A stretch of 64,000 bases of DNA from Lama guanicoe (taxonomy: Eukaryota), in contig MU056737.1 in NCBI GenBank assembly GCA_013239625.1, forward strand, positions 2,745,846 through 2,809,845, in the 5' to 3' direction. This document shows, piece by piece, positions 49,901 through 61,900 of the stretch. Numbering within the stretch: position 1 is the first letter of the stretch; every line of letters starts with the position of its first letter. The notes beneath the pieces are model-generated. The model was given only the letters and a program-made list of their open reading frames with translations. It had not been told where the DNA came from and did no database searches. The position numbers and the translations under genes were made by a program.

Positions 49901-52900
49901 CCCCCTGATCTGCACTAGTCTCTCCCCTTGTCCCGTGACCCAGCACGCCATCTCGGCTCTGCCTTCCTTGATTCCTGCAGGGGAAGAAGCAGGTGTCCCC
50001 TGCAGGGCTGAGGTGGGCGTGAGTGACAGGCGGCACTTGAGCACTCGGGGCTTCAGTAATGTTGCTGATGCTAAATGTGTCATTTTTTTCTTTCAGAAAT
50101 TTTTGACCTAGAAACAAATGAACACGTGCAGAAAGCCGTGAACGACCGCCAGATGCCTAGAGTAGAATACAAGAAAATCGAGATTGATGATTACAGTAAG
50201 TGCCACGCTCCCTCCTCTGAACGGAGAACGGCCCGGCCCTGACGGCTGTGCTCCAGGGGACCCCGGCCCCGGCACAGGCTGCGTCCCCGGCAGGGCAGCA
50301 AGCGGGGGCTCGGGGCCGACAGCTCGGCTCTGGGGACCCCAGAGCGCTGGCTGGAATCGGGCTCCCGTCTCCAGAGGGAGGCAGAGCCCTGGAGTCCTCC
50401 TCCTCTGCCCCACCAGCCCACCCTGGAGCCTCACCGCCCACCAGACATCGCTCGTGCAAACCCCAAATGCAGAACGCCCCACACCCATCTCCCACCTTCC
50501 TCTGTGCTGGGTCTCCCTCCATACTGCCCTTCTGTTTGTTGACTGGTTTCAAATAACTTAGATTTCAAACCGCAAAGTCATCTTTGAGTCATCCGCTCAG
50601 GAACCATCTACCCTTCGTCCCTGCGGCTGGTAAACAGGCTTCCGCCTCTGAGCTGAGTCAGCAGGTCCCCAGGGATGGACGGGAGAGCGCTGAGACTGAC
50701 GAGGGCTTAGTGGCCTGAGCCCGTGTTTGCCGCCCCAGACCATCCCTGGGAGCTCTATGTCTACCCGTCCCTTCAGCCGGACACCGGCTCACCATGCGGG
50801 ACCGTGGGCCCTGGAGCATTATCCACACCCCTCGTTGGAGAAGACAGCCACCCAACAGACTGTGAGTCCTGGGTCAGGAGCCTAGGCTCGCCCCGTGGAA
50901 CAAAATCAGACCCCATCCACACAGGAGGTGTATGGCCCAGGAGCGCAGTGGAGAGCGGGAGCGGGGCCTGGGGTCCCGGGGAGGGTCCCCGGGAGGAGGG
51001 ACCTGGTGGGCTTCCCGGAGTCGCTTTCAGTTGGCATAGGAGCCTCTGGGGAGTCGGTCCGGAGGAGGGAGAGCAGAGCTGGTGCGGGAGGGGCGAGCGT
51101 CGTTCGTTGTGGGGTTTCGGGGGGCTGACACTGCTCCAGCCTCGGATTGTCCCCATTCAGCCGGAACCGGGGCCCCACAGTCCAGGACCGTCACCGGGCC
51201 CTGAGCTGGGCCGTGTGGAGTCGCTGTGTTGGGCCGCCTCTTAACATCGCTGGGGACGCGGGCAGGGTTATGTGCTCCCCTCCGACAGCCAGAAATGTCA
51301 GGAAACAGGATGTGCTGGAAATCCCCCTCCCCCGGCCCCACAGATGCAGGGGCTTTCTCTTAAAATGGTCCACGTGTGGTCACTCGGATGAAGGAAAGCA
51401 GGAGTGGAGGCCGTGACGAGAAATGTGGTCACGCCCAGAGGGGCCTCAACCCCACCGTCTCTCCGGGGTTTGGGTTTCTCTCGACTTCCGTGGGATGCAC
51501 TCAGATCCCACAGGACACCCTGGAACCACAGGCAGCGTCAAGTGTCCAGGGAGCAGAACCCCACTCGACCGACTTGCAGCACGTCAATCACGATCAAAAG
51601 AGAAGCTATAGATTAAGAAGAGCAAGACAGAAACTGGGACGTCTGCAGACACCCGTCCTCAGGGCCCAGGGGGAACCATGGAACAGAAGGTGAGGGGCAG
51701 GAGGGACGTGGGTTCAGGTAGAAAATGAGGGCTCATGGGGCCCTCAGGAGCCCCAGCTCGACGGAATGAGAACGAGAGGGCGACGCCTCCAGGAAGACGT
51801 GGCGAGCGGCACCGTCGGAGCCCGCGCCGGGTTTCACTGGGGCAGAAACCAGCAACCCTGAGTCAGCCAGGCCTGAAACCCGCTCCCGCAGGCGGGGAGG
51901 GGACGCCTCTGCTGTGGATGATGCTGGCCTCTGATGGATGCAGCTGAACAACAGCTTGTTCACCTCAAGTGCCACCCGCTTCCCTGTGGGGCCGTTTCCT
52001 GCAAGGAGAGCTGCTCTGACGGCCCAGGGGGGATCCTGCTACGGAGAGCCCGATTGCTGAGACTCCACGTTCCAAGGAAATAGGTCCAAGCTGGGCTGCC
52101 TGCATGTATGGCGTCCGTGACTGGGACAAACTGCCGCACGGAACCTGGAGCCCTGTGACTCAGACAGAGCCAGATGCACGAGAGCCTCAGGTCAACTGGA
52201 TGCTCGTCTTTGTGCCTTCCATTTACAAGGAAGAGCCGAGAGGCAGGAGAACAAGACGACTTTGGATGAACAGTGGGTGGAGGGAGGGAAGGAGCGGGGA
52301 GGGGTGAACAGGCAAGCAAGCAACTCCCCCGTGCCCCCCCCCCGCCTTTGTCTCTGTCTGCAGACCTCACGAGGCTCTGTGATGTGCAGGGTCCCAGCGG
52401 AATGAAAAAGGGGGGCTTAGCACGCGGCAGAGCTTCACGCCCAGCCGGGGCCCTTGCACAGGCCCCGATGCTGCACAGGTCACGCTCTGGGAAGCCAGCG
52501 ACCTCCCTGGTCAGACGCCCTCTCAGAGCCCTTCCCACCCCCCAGCCCAGGGCCCCTCCTCCAATCCACTCAGCACCCTGGCTCACTCCGTGCAGGTTCC
52601 CAAATCCTGAAGCACTACGGGGTGCATGTCTCCCCCCTCCCCCAAAAAACGCAGGAAAGACCTTTAGAAACAAGTGACCCACTCCCCCCCACCCCTCCTG
52701 GCCACCGGAGTTTCCTTCCCATCGTGAGGTTTACTTGGCAGGTAGACGGGGCTGGGTCTGCACATCGCACCGCTGTGTCCCCGAGAAGCTGACGGATGTT
52801 GCACCACCGACCTGTTTTTGTTTTGTTAGGGGGCTTTGTTTTTCATTTAATGCTACCAGAGGCCCCGGCTTTCCGTGGGGCAGCAGTCCATCTCCAGGAA

Positions 52901-55900
52901 CCTCTGTATTCAGCCTGCTGGCGGCCAAGGTCTGCCCGTGTGCTTATCAGTGGCAGAAAGCGGCCCAGACCATGTTTTATGGATATTTCAGTGATAAAGT
53001 CTGCTGTCCCTGGGCCATTGATCTAATTTGCAAGCCATTAACATTCATCCAGAATCAGTAATGAGACTCTGGTCAGCGCCGTCTGCTAAGCCATCCCCCA
53101 GCCTGGGGTGTATCTGTAGTAATTGCACGGAAAAAAGCCACTAATTCCAATTTAATTGCTAATCTGGGCTGTGGTTAATGTCAATAAACAATTTCTAACT
53201 CCGGCCGGAAGGCTTGTTTGGGGAGGCACAGAGGAAAGCGGTGAGGGAAGCGCCCTCCTCCCTACCCGAGGAGGCGCAGGTTGCCAAGGGCCAGAGCTGA
53301 AGGCCCTGGGGTGCCTGCCCCGCTTCAGCCCACACGCAGTGAGGCCCTCCCGCCCCGGCTCTGCACAGAGGGTCCCCACAGCTCTCAGCCTGTCCCTCTG
53401 GGCCACTGTCCCCGCCTCACCCTGCCCCCTGCCCGCAGTCTCTTCCTCTCCCCGTCCCCACAGCCCCCAGCAGCCCTCCCCACTCACTCAGTGTGGCAGC
53501 AGTGCCCCCCACACCCCGCCCCCTCGCAGAGAGAGCCGCACGCTGCCCTGGGGGCTGCTTTTCTCCTTGCCTGGTGTGCTGTCCTTAGCAGGTGCCCAGG
53601 GCGACCCACGCTTTTGTTTGTCAACGCACGCCTGTTTGCAAGGTTGCTTTTAAGCTGCAGATGGAGAAACGAAGCCTTGAAGAGATGAGGTGCTTTGCCA
53701 GAGTGCAGAGTGAGCCTGAGTCACTCTGTCTGGAGGGGAGGCCCAGCCGCGCCCCCTCCAGAGCGCCTGTCTCCCAGGCCCCGGGCCCTCCCCGGGAAGG
53801 GCCCCCCACGGCCAGCGGCCTCCTGCCCACTCCTTCCTGGCCGACCTGCCCCCTTAACGTGCCGCCTGTGTTCTCTCTCCGCCTAGACTTGCCGGTTCAG
53901 ATCCTCAAGCCAGCGGTCTTCTCCGACACCGCGCACTACCCCTTGCTCCTGGTGGTGTGAGTATCTCAGTGGGAAAGGATCAGACTCGGAAGGTGACGAG
54001 CGGGAGTGTGATCTTGTTGCAAACTCAAAACTTAAAACAATCTAGCTTGTCCTTTCCATGACTGCCCGTGACCCCAGACGTTAAAGGAAGGCAGGGCTGT
54101 GTCCCCCTCACCCCAGTCGCCTTCGGGGGATTTGCAGCAGTGAAAGCAGGTCTGCAGTCAGATTCTGCGGGTCGTGCTGCGGTGGCCGGTCAGCGGGCCT
54201 GGGGACAGGCGTCAGACCTCACCGAGCAGGGCAGATGCCCGCAGATGCTTGCGGCGTGCCCGGGGCCCCCAGGAAACGGAGTTGGGCGTGGCGGGCGTCT
54301 GGCCTGGACATCCATCTGTCACCGACACAATGATCTCAGATCGGCCTCCTGCTGATTAATGTCCTCGGATTTGGATTTCGAGACCCACTTTTAAGAGCTT
54401 ACTAAGCACCTCTGTCGGTGTCCTGATGAGGGCTTGTGTGAGTGTGTGTGTGAGTGTGCGAGTGTGTGGGCATGTGTGTATATGATTGTGAGTGAATGTG
54501 TGAGTGTGTGTGTGAGTGTGCAAGCATGTGTGTATGTGGTTGTGAGTGACTGAGTGTGTGTGAGCGTGCATGAGTGTGACTGAGTGACTGTGAGAGAGTG
54601 TGTGTGAGCGTGTGCTCTCCCGGGCAGTTCATGCCCGACCCCCACCCTGAGCGCTATGGGAGGTCAGTGGGCACAGCGGGCACGGCGGGCACGGGAAAGC
54701 GGGCTCAGCGGTGAGGCCCTGCAGACACGGATGTTTGAGCTCATGGGCCTTCCGTCCGTCTGTCCTTTCAGGGCTGGGGAGGTGGAGCCGGCGCTTGGCC
54801 TCTGGGGGCGTATCCCCGTATCTACCTGCAAGGGGGGCAGGAGAGAGCAGAGGCCATACTGGGGTTGCTTCAGGGACGCAGCGACATCACTCACCCGAGT
54901 AAATGTCCTGTGTGACCCGCCCGATGCCCGGTGTCCCTCAGGAACAGAGCGCTGAGACCCCGGTCTCCCACCCCCATCCTGTGCCCAACCCTCTGTCCTC
55001 ACTGCCTGGGGGTCGCTAAGCATTCACTGGCACTACTGGGCCAGGGGGAGGCTTCTGAACGTGCTCCTTTGGTGGGGATGGGACGGCTCTGTTTACAAGG
55101 GCCCTGTCCGCAGCGCTGTCCGACTTCCACATGTGACTGTAGCTGACAGAGTCATGTATGTGCCCAGAGGGCGAGCAGGGAAGACAGGGGACCAACAGAA
55201 GCCACTCAGCTGGGAGCTTGGCTGATACTCTGCCTGCGGCGGGGGTAGGGTGGTGCAGGCTGCCTCCTCTTCGAGGAGATGCGACAGAAAGCCAGCCAGA
55301 TCCGCTATGCGCTCTGCTTCTGAGCTGACCAGAGAGAATTCCTTCAGACCAAGGGCACTGCTAAAAGGAGCAGGACACCTGGTCACTCACGTGATGGGGA
55401 CCAAGGAGCAGCCAAGCCTAGGAGAACCCAGGAAGGGTGGGAGGAGCCGGGCCATGTGGTTAGGGACGCCGAGAGGAGATGTGGGAGCACTTGTTGGAGT
55501 GTCTCCCACCGAGAAGATGCCCTTCAGTGACTGTCCCAGTGCCCTTGTGCCCGGCGTGGCCCTTGTGCCCGGCGTGGCCCTCGGAACACTCACTTTCCCC
55601 ATCACCCCCTGGTGTGTGGGTGATGCTGGTGATGAGATGGGCCGTGGAGGCGGGCGTGGCAGCCCGGGATCCCGGCACCCTCCAGGAGGCGGGGGCAAGT
55701 CCCTCCGGGGGTGGGGGAGACTCCTCAGGACCCGGTGTCTGCTGGGCCAGCCGCTGCCCTGCACAGCGTGCCCAGGCCTGGCCTGTCTGTTGCAGGGACG
55801 GCACCCCGGGGAGCCAGAGTGTGTCCGAGCGGTTTGAGGTGACCTGGGAGACGGTGATGGTGAGCAATCATGGGGCCGTGGTGGTCAAGTGTGACGGCCG

Positions 55901-58900
55901 GGGCAGCGGCTTCCAAGGGACCAAGCTCCTGCATGAAGTGCGGCGGAGGCTGGGCGCCCTGGAGGAGAAGGACCAGCTGGAGGCTGTGCGGTGAGGCCCC
56001 GCCCGGGGAGGGGGCAGGGGGCAGAGAAGCGAGAGAGGCGGGGTGGGCGTGCTTCCTAAGTGGGGGGCGCCCTGGGCCTCTCCGGGGGCGTGTTTCTTGT
56101 CCGTGTGCACATTTTGCCTGTGACTTGCTCGGACTTACAGCGTTCTCTGGGCCGCTCCAGAGTGAGCTCTCGCTGGCGCCGCTCCTGCAGAGCTTTCACG
56201 CCAGCGTGCACAGAGCCGGGAGGCTTGTCCATTTACTGCCTGAAGTAGGTGCAGAGACCGCGAGGTGGGCCTTTGCGGCTCCTCAGTTGCTTGGACAGAC
56301 CTTGGCCGGCGTCCGCACATCTTTGCCCGTTGCCCACCGGGTGAGAGGGAGGAGGGAGGGGGGACGGAAGGAAGAACAAGGATGGGAGTGGGGCTGGAGC
56401 CCTGCAGGGGTCGCCGTCCCTGAGAAGGGGACCCTCCGCCCTCCCAGGCGGCAGGTGGGGGATGGGCATGTTTTGACCCCCGGTGTCTTCACAGCCTCGT
56501 CCCTGAGGCAGCAGGACCAGGAGAGAGTCCCCGAGAACAGAAAGTCTTAGTGCAAGGGGCGGATGCTCACAATTAATATTGAATTTCATTGTTGCCCTGG
56601 AAAGAAAGACACTGAGAACCTGTCTTAGGCCAGGTGGCCTGCGGACACCTTGGTCAAAATGCAGTTTTCACAGTGTACAGCACAGGGTTTGTAGGGCCAC
56701 ACACGCCTTCTCCCAGGAGCGCACAGACTCGTTCTTGGAGGGGCAGGTGGGCAGAAAACACGACTGCCATCTTCACCGTGGATAGGGTGCGCGACGCTGG
56801 ACCCCAGGCCCTGGCGGAGGACACGGCGTCCTCCAGGCAACCTGCAGGCGGCTGGCTGCCCCCCTCTGAGCTGGGGGCCGAGAGGGCGCCAGGCTGTCTC
56901 ACACTCGCTGTGTTTCTAAAAATAAGGGATTGGCCAGCCATCTGTTCAGAAACAGGGCAGAACCTGTTCCAGAAAAACAGTAAATAATGTCACCTTTCAA
57001 GCCACTGAGGCTTCCAGGAGCAAGAGCGCAAGCCGGCAGCGAAGGCCCAGACCTCCTCAGGGGGCCGGGACCCAGACGTCTCGGGCCGTAGGAAACTCTC
57101 CTTGATTCAGGATCTGGTGTTACCGCGTGCAAGCTGGTACTGCTCGCTACACGACAGGCCAGTAAATCAAGAGATGGGGTGTTGGGCAAGGAATAAGGAC
57201 TTTATTCAGAAAGCCAGCAGACTGAGAAGATGGGGGACTGCCCCGTGTGTGGTTCTCCCGACTCCCCCTCCTGCTCCTGGCCCGGAGCCCACTTCCATCA
57301 CAGCTGACCCGAGCACAGCCCCTCCCAGGCCCAGCGCCGTGCAAAAGAGGAGACAGTCATGTGAACGGATGGACTGGACACAGGAAATGCTACACTAGCA
57401 CTTGGAGCACAGGCTGCAGCTGCAAACAGCCCTGCCTGGAGGGCTTCTGGGAGGAGGTGGCTTTTGGCCAAGACCTCGCCACAGAGTAATGATTAACAGG
57501 GATTTGCCAGCAGAAAATGAGAGGTGCATGGAAAAAATATTGTGAGCAAAGGCGGAGGTAATGTAAAGACACAGCCTGTGCAAAGCACACCGACAAGGCA
57601 GCGTGCGTGGGCCATGGAGGGGCAGGGTAGGGCCAGATCAGGAGGTATTCCCACACCATCCGAAGCAGCTGTGCTTGCCCTGTAAGCGGCAGAGTCCCAG
57701 CACAGGACTTTTAGCAAGGAGGTGGCAAGGTCACCTTTATTTTCAGAACCGTACTCCTGGTGGCAGTATGGCAAGTTTTGTGGGCCCGGGTCCTGGCAGG
57801 AGACATTCACACCGGATGCTTTAGGGAGAGATGGATGACGTCCGTGTCTACAGAGGCACGGCAGGGCAGGGTCCCCTGGGCGGCGGCAGCCCCGGCTGTG
57901 GGAGTCTGAGCGTGAGAGGCAGCGCCACGCCCCGGAGGAGGAGTTTCTGCGGCAAAGCCAACAAGGTTTGTGAGTGAGTGAATGCGAGGTTGGACCAGTC
58001 CAAGCCGGAGGTGTGTTCTGTGACCCTCACGACGCCGTGCCCGCCCACCGCCCGGAGCAGGACAAACTTACCGACCACGTGTCTCCCCCAGCCACCCCTT
58101 GCCACATGAAGTCCTCGGCTGTGAGCCTCCCAGCTCTGATGGTACTGAGAGCAGCCGTGTGGTCTGGAACACCTGCGTCAGTGTGGGTCTCCAGGAGTCG
58201 GTGCCAAGACGCAGGTACATGTGCAGAAGGCGTGTTTGTGCCGAGTGCGGGGGCCGGAGCACAGCAGGGGCAGAACCATCAGGCTGCAGGGCCATCCGAC
58301 CTTGGCAGGAGGGCCTCTGACAGCAGCTGGGCTCTGAGCGTCTCTGTCAGGACGACAGAAAGCCCAGAGCCCAGGGGCCAGTGGAGGACCCCATGCCAGT
58401 CACTGCCGGGTCAGCTTGAGCCACCCTGGAAGGTGGGAAGGCATGACCACCGGTGCCCATCAGCCAACAGCAGGCCGGGCTCTCCTGAAGGAAGGAAGGA
58501 GGGCTCACCCCTGCCCCCTGTCCGAAGGCTCCACGTGGGCCCACGACACCCCCTTCTCCTCCAGGGTCTTCTCCCAGACCCCCACCCGCAAGGCTTCTAC
58601 CATCCTCTCCAGCTCAAGGCCCTGCCACTGGTCCCCTCGGGGCTGTGTCCCAGCTCCCTCCCCTGAGCACACATGTCACACCACGTGATCAGCACAGCCG
58701 CGTCCAGGTGTCAGCCCACCTGCCCAGGGACTCGGCGCTCGGCCGGGGCCTCCCCAGTCCTCGCTCTGGGCCTCCGCATGCCCCGGCACGGAGCTGCGCT
58801 CAGCACAGGCTCCATCCAGGAGGACACCCCGGTTGACTCAGCCCCACCATCTGCTGTGCCTCGGGCCATCAGGCAGGAAGCCGCTCTCCTTCATCTGGCG

Positions 58901-61900
58901 GCTGCACTGTTCACTAGGAAGCAGTTGTCACATGGGAGCCGCCGGCTGATGAGTGGGAACACAGCAACAGGATGATAAAAATACCTGATGTTGGGGAAAC
59001 AGCTTTCCCGAGAGGACTCCAGAGCTCTTTACAACGAGGGCCTCTGCTGTGACCTCACCCAACTTCTGAATTACGTCTGCAGTGGGCCCTCCTGACGAGT
59101 ACGGGCACACTCTGCGGTTTGGGGGTTAGAGCTCCAGCGTATTTTTCGGAATTCAACCCGTGGTAGCTGCGCACGTCAGCGACACAAAGCCCCTCGCCCT
59201 GCACCGCCCACCCCCGTCCTGCTTCCCAGACGCGGCCTCTCTCAACCCCGCCGTCTCCTTCATCACGCGTCCGCCACCCCAATTCCCCGTAGTCAGGACC
59301 ACGCAGGATCCCTCACCACGGGACTCCTTGTGGGCAGCCGCCTGGCCAGGCGGACAGTCAGGGGCAGCGCCCTCGCCCGGTGCTCCCCGCGGAGCCAGGG
59401 GCCGCTCAGCCCCGCTCCTCTCGGCGTCACTGAGCTGCTCCTGCAAGTGCTGCTGGCCTCTCCCCTGGGTCACTCTCCGTGGGCCCGTTGTCATCTTGCC
59501 TCTCGGGCCCGTCAGCGCCCTTCCCAGACGCTCAGACGCACCGGCGCTCTGCCCACCTCGGTGCTCCTCTCCGAGCCGTGGCCGCTTCCTTCTGCTCCAC
59601 CCGGACCCCGTGTCTGGAGCGTCACCTCGAGGCCCTCTCACAACTTTCTAGGCTGGGCCCCGTGCCAGAGAACAGCAGGTGAATGCCGCCCATTTCATTT
59701 ACTTTTCCCTTCAGAAGTCTAGAAAACTTCTCGAAAGGCCTCCATTCCAGCCCCGCAGTTGAGGTTGCTGTTTATCTGGGTGTGAAACCTGCACAGAAAA
59801 TCATTCCCACCAGAAGGGCCTGCTGTCGCCCCCGGCCGTTGCTGCTGGTGAGCAAAACCGCGTCGCTCTGTCTGCTGACCGGCCCCGGTGCGTGGCCTGC
59901 CTCCCTGCCCCGTTGGAAGAGCGCGCTCTTCAGTCCCGGCGCCTGCAGTTTCAGCCCTTGGGCCGGGCCCTTTCCCTCCGGGGGACCGTTGTTCTCTGGC
60001 CTTGGAACACTTTGACTAACACGTTGAGGATTTCTCTTTTCTCTGTTCTTTCTTGCTGGAACTTTCATGATACTGGTTCTGGTGCTTCCGGGTTTGTCCT
60101 GGACAAAACTTTCCTCTCCTGTTTTCAGCCTCTCTGGTGAACGTTTATTCTCAGGTGTGACAACGCGAGACCCTAGCCTTCTTTCTGCGCTGAGAGCGTA
60201 CTGTCCTTGGCTTCCTGGCTCAGTGTCTGTCCTTCCAGATGCATTAGTGATGGCTTTGCACCTGTTTCTGGTCGCTGCGTTATCTCTGTCCCCTCTGGAT
60301 TCCTGGGTTTTTCCGTTTTGTTGTTGTTTGAGTTTTGGTCTGGACTCTCATCTGGAAGGTCCCTTACGGTTCGGATGAAGCTCGGCCGCCTCTTCACCTG
60401 TAAGGGAGGCCGAGTGCGGGGCCGGGTCTGTGTGCAGAGGGCTGCCTGCTGGCACGTGGGCTTTGCTGTGGAGCAGGGCAGGACCCAGCACTTCCGGGGG
60501 AGACGCAGCGCCGGCAGCGCTCTCCCAGGTGCCTGCGTCTGGCAAGGCCGAGGGAGGCGCCGGGAGGATGCAGGTTCCCAGTCAGTTTGCCGGTTGTGAT
60601 CCCACACCTGACCCCCTGCTGAGCCCTGGCGTCGGAGTGCGTTCGAATTGTCCACAGAACCGAGACCTGGAAAGTTCAAGTGACAAGTCTGAAGGCCCCA
60701 CGGCCCCTTAGAAGCTGCACGGGGGTGGACACAGGACATGCTGCCCGCCGCGGTGAGAACGGGAGCTGGTGAAGACAGGGCCCGTTCGTCTGTGAGCACT
60801 GGTTCCTGAGACGCGCTTGGAGCCTGACAGGGACACGCACTCCACGGGCGTGACGAGGACGGTGACCGAGGGCCCGGAGGGAAGGCAGTAGGCGGGTTGT
60901 CTCGTTCCCACTCGGATTCTCAGACGGACTCAAACTTAGGTCAGTCCACAGAGTTAACACACGTGAGTCGTCAGTTTTCGACAAATGACCTGGGAAACCG
61001 GTTATATTAAAATGAACAGTAATGCGCAGTTGTCGCTCAGTATCCACGGGGACGGGTTCCGGGACCCACTCGGATTCCCAAATGCTAGGTGCTCGAGCCC
61101 CTTCTGCGGAGCAGGCAGTGTTCGCACACAGCCGCCGCCGTCCTCCCGGGAGCTTGCAGACCCGCGTCCCTCCATCCCTGCCACCTCCTAAGTGCCACGT
61201 CGGCAGCCGCGAGTGTGGCGTGGGTGCCGTGTGCAGCAATTCAGATGTCGCCTTTTGGAACTTTTTGGTTTTTCCCCGAGTATTTTCAGTCCGTGGTTGG
61301 TTGAATCTGTGGATGTAGAACCTGGGGATACAGAGGACCGACTGTAATGGAGGCACAAAAGTCACCTGAATTTTTATCCTCATGAGAAGTCAGGGAAACT
61401 GCTGCTCCACGCGGGGCCCTCCCGCTTCCAGGAACAGGCGTCCGTCCACTTCGGACATCGGCAATTAAAGTTCTGTTCTAACCAGGAGGGGCTGGCCAGG
61501 TCCCGGGACGTAGGGGTCCTGGAGGAGTTGGCTGGAGTAGGACAGGGCAGTCTCGGGCCCCAGGACGCGGAGGTCTGCGGTCCCCTGGACAGAGAAGGGC
61601 AGTTAGAAGTGACAGCTGGCGCCAGCCAGCAGACACCAGAAAGAAATCAGCAGGCAGCACCTAGGGCGGGAGTCACAAGGAGGGCTCGGCGGCGGGGACA
61701 GCTGGCAGGTGGGTGCAGACAGCAGCCTGTCATCCGCCAGCAGGTGGCAGGACTTCTGCGGCTGAATGAGAGTTCGAAAAGCAGAAAGATTCCAGTCACT
61801 TTGTGGGGAAACCAGGGACCACGGGGGAAAGCTGGTGAGATGCCAGCAGGGATAAGGCAGAGTCTGGACCATGCCAGGCCTCAGCTGCTGGCATCCAGGG

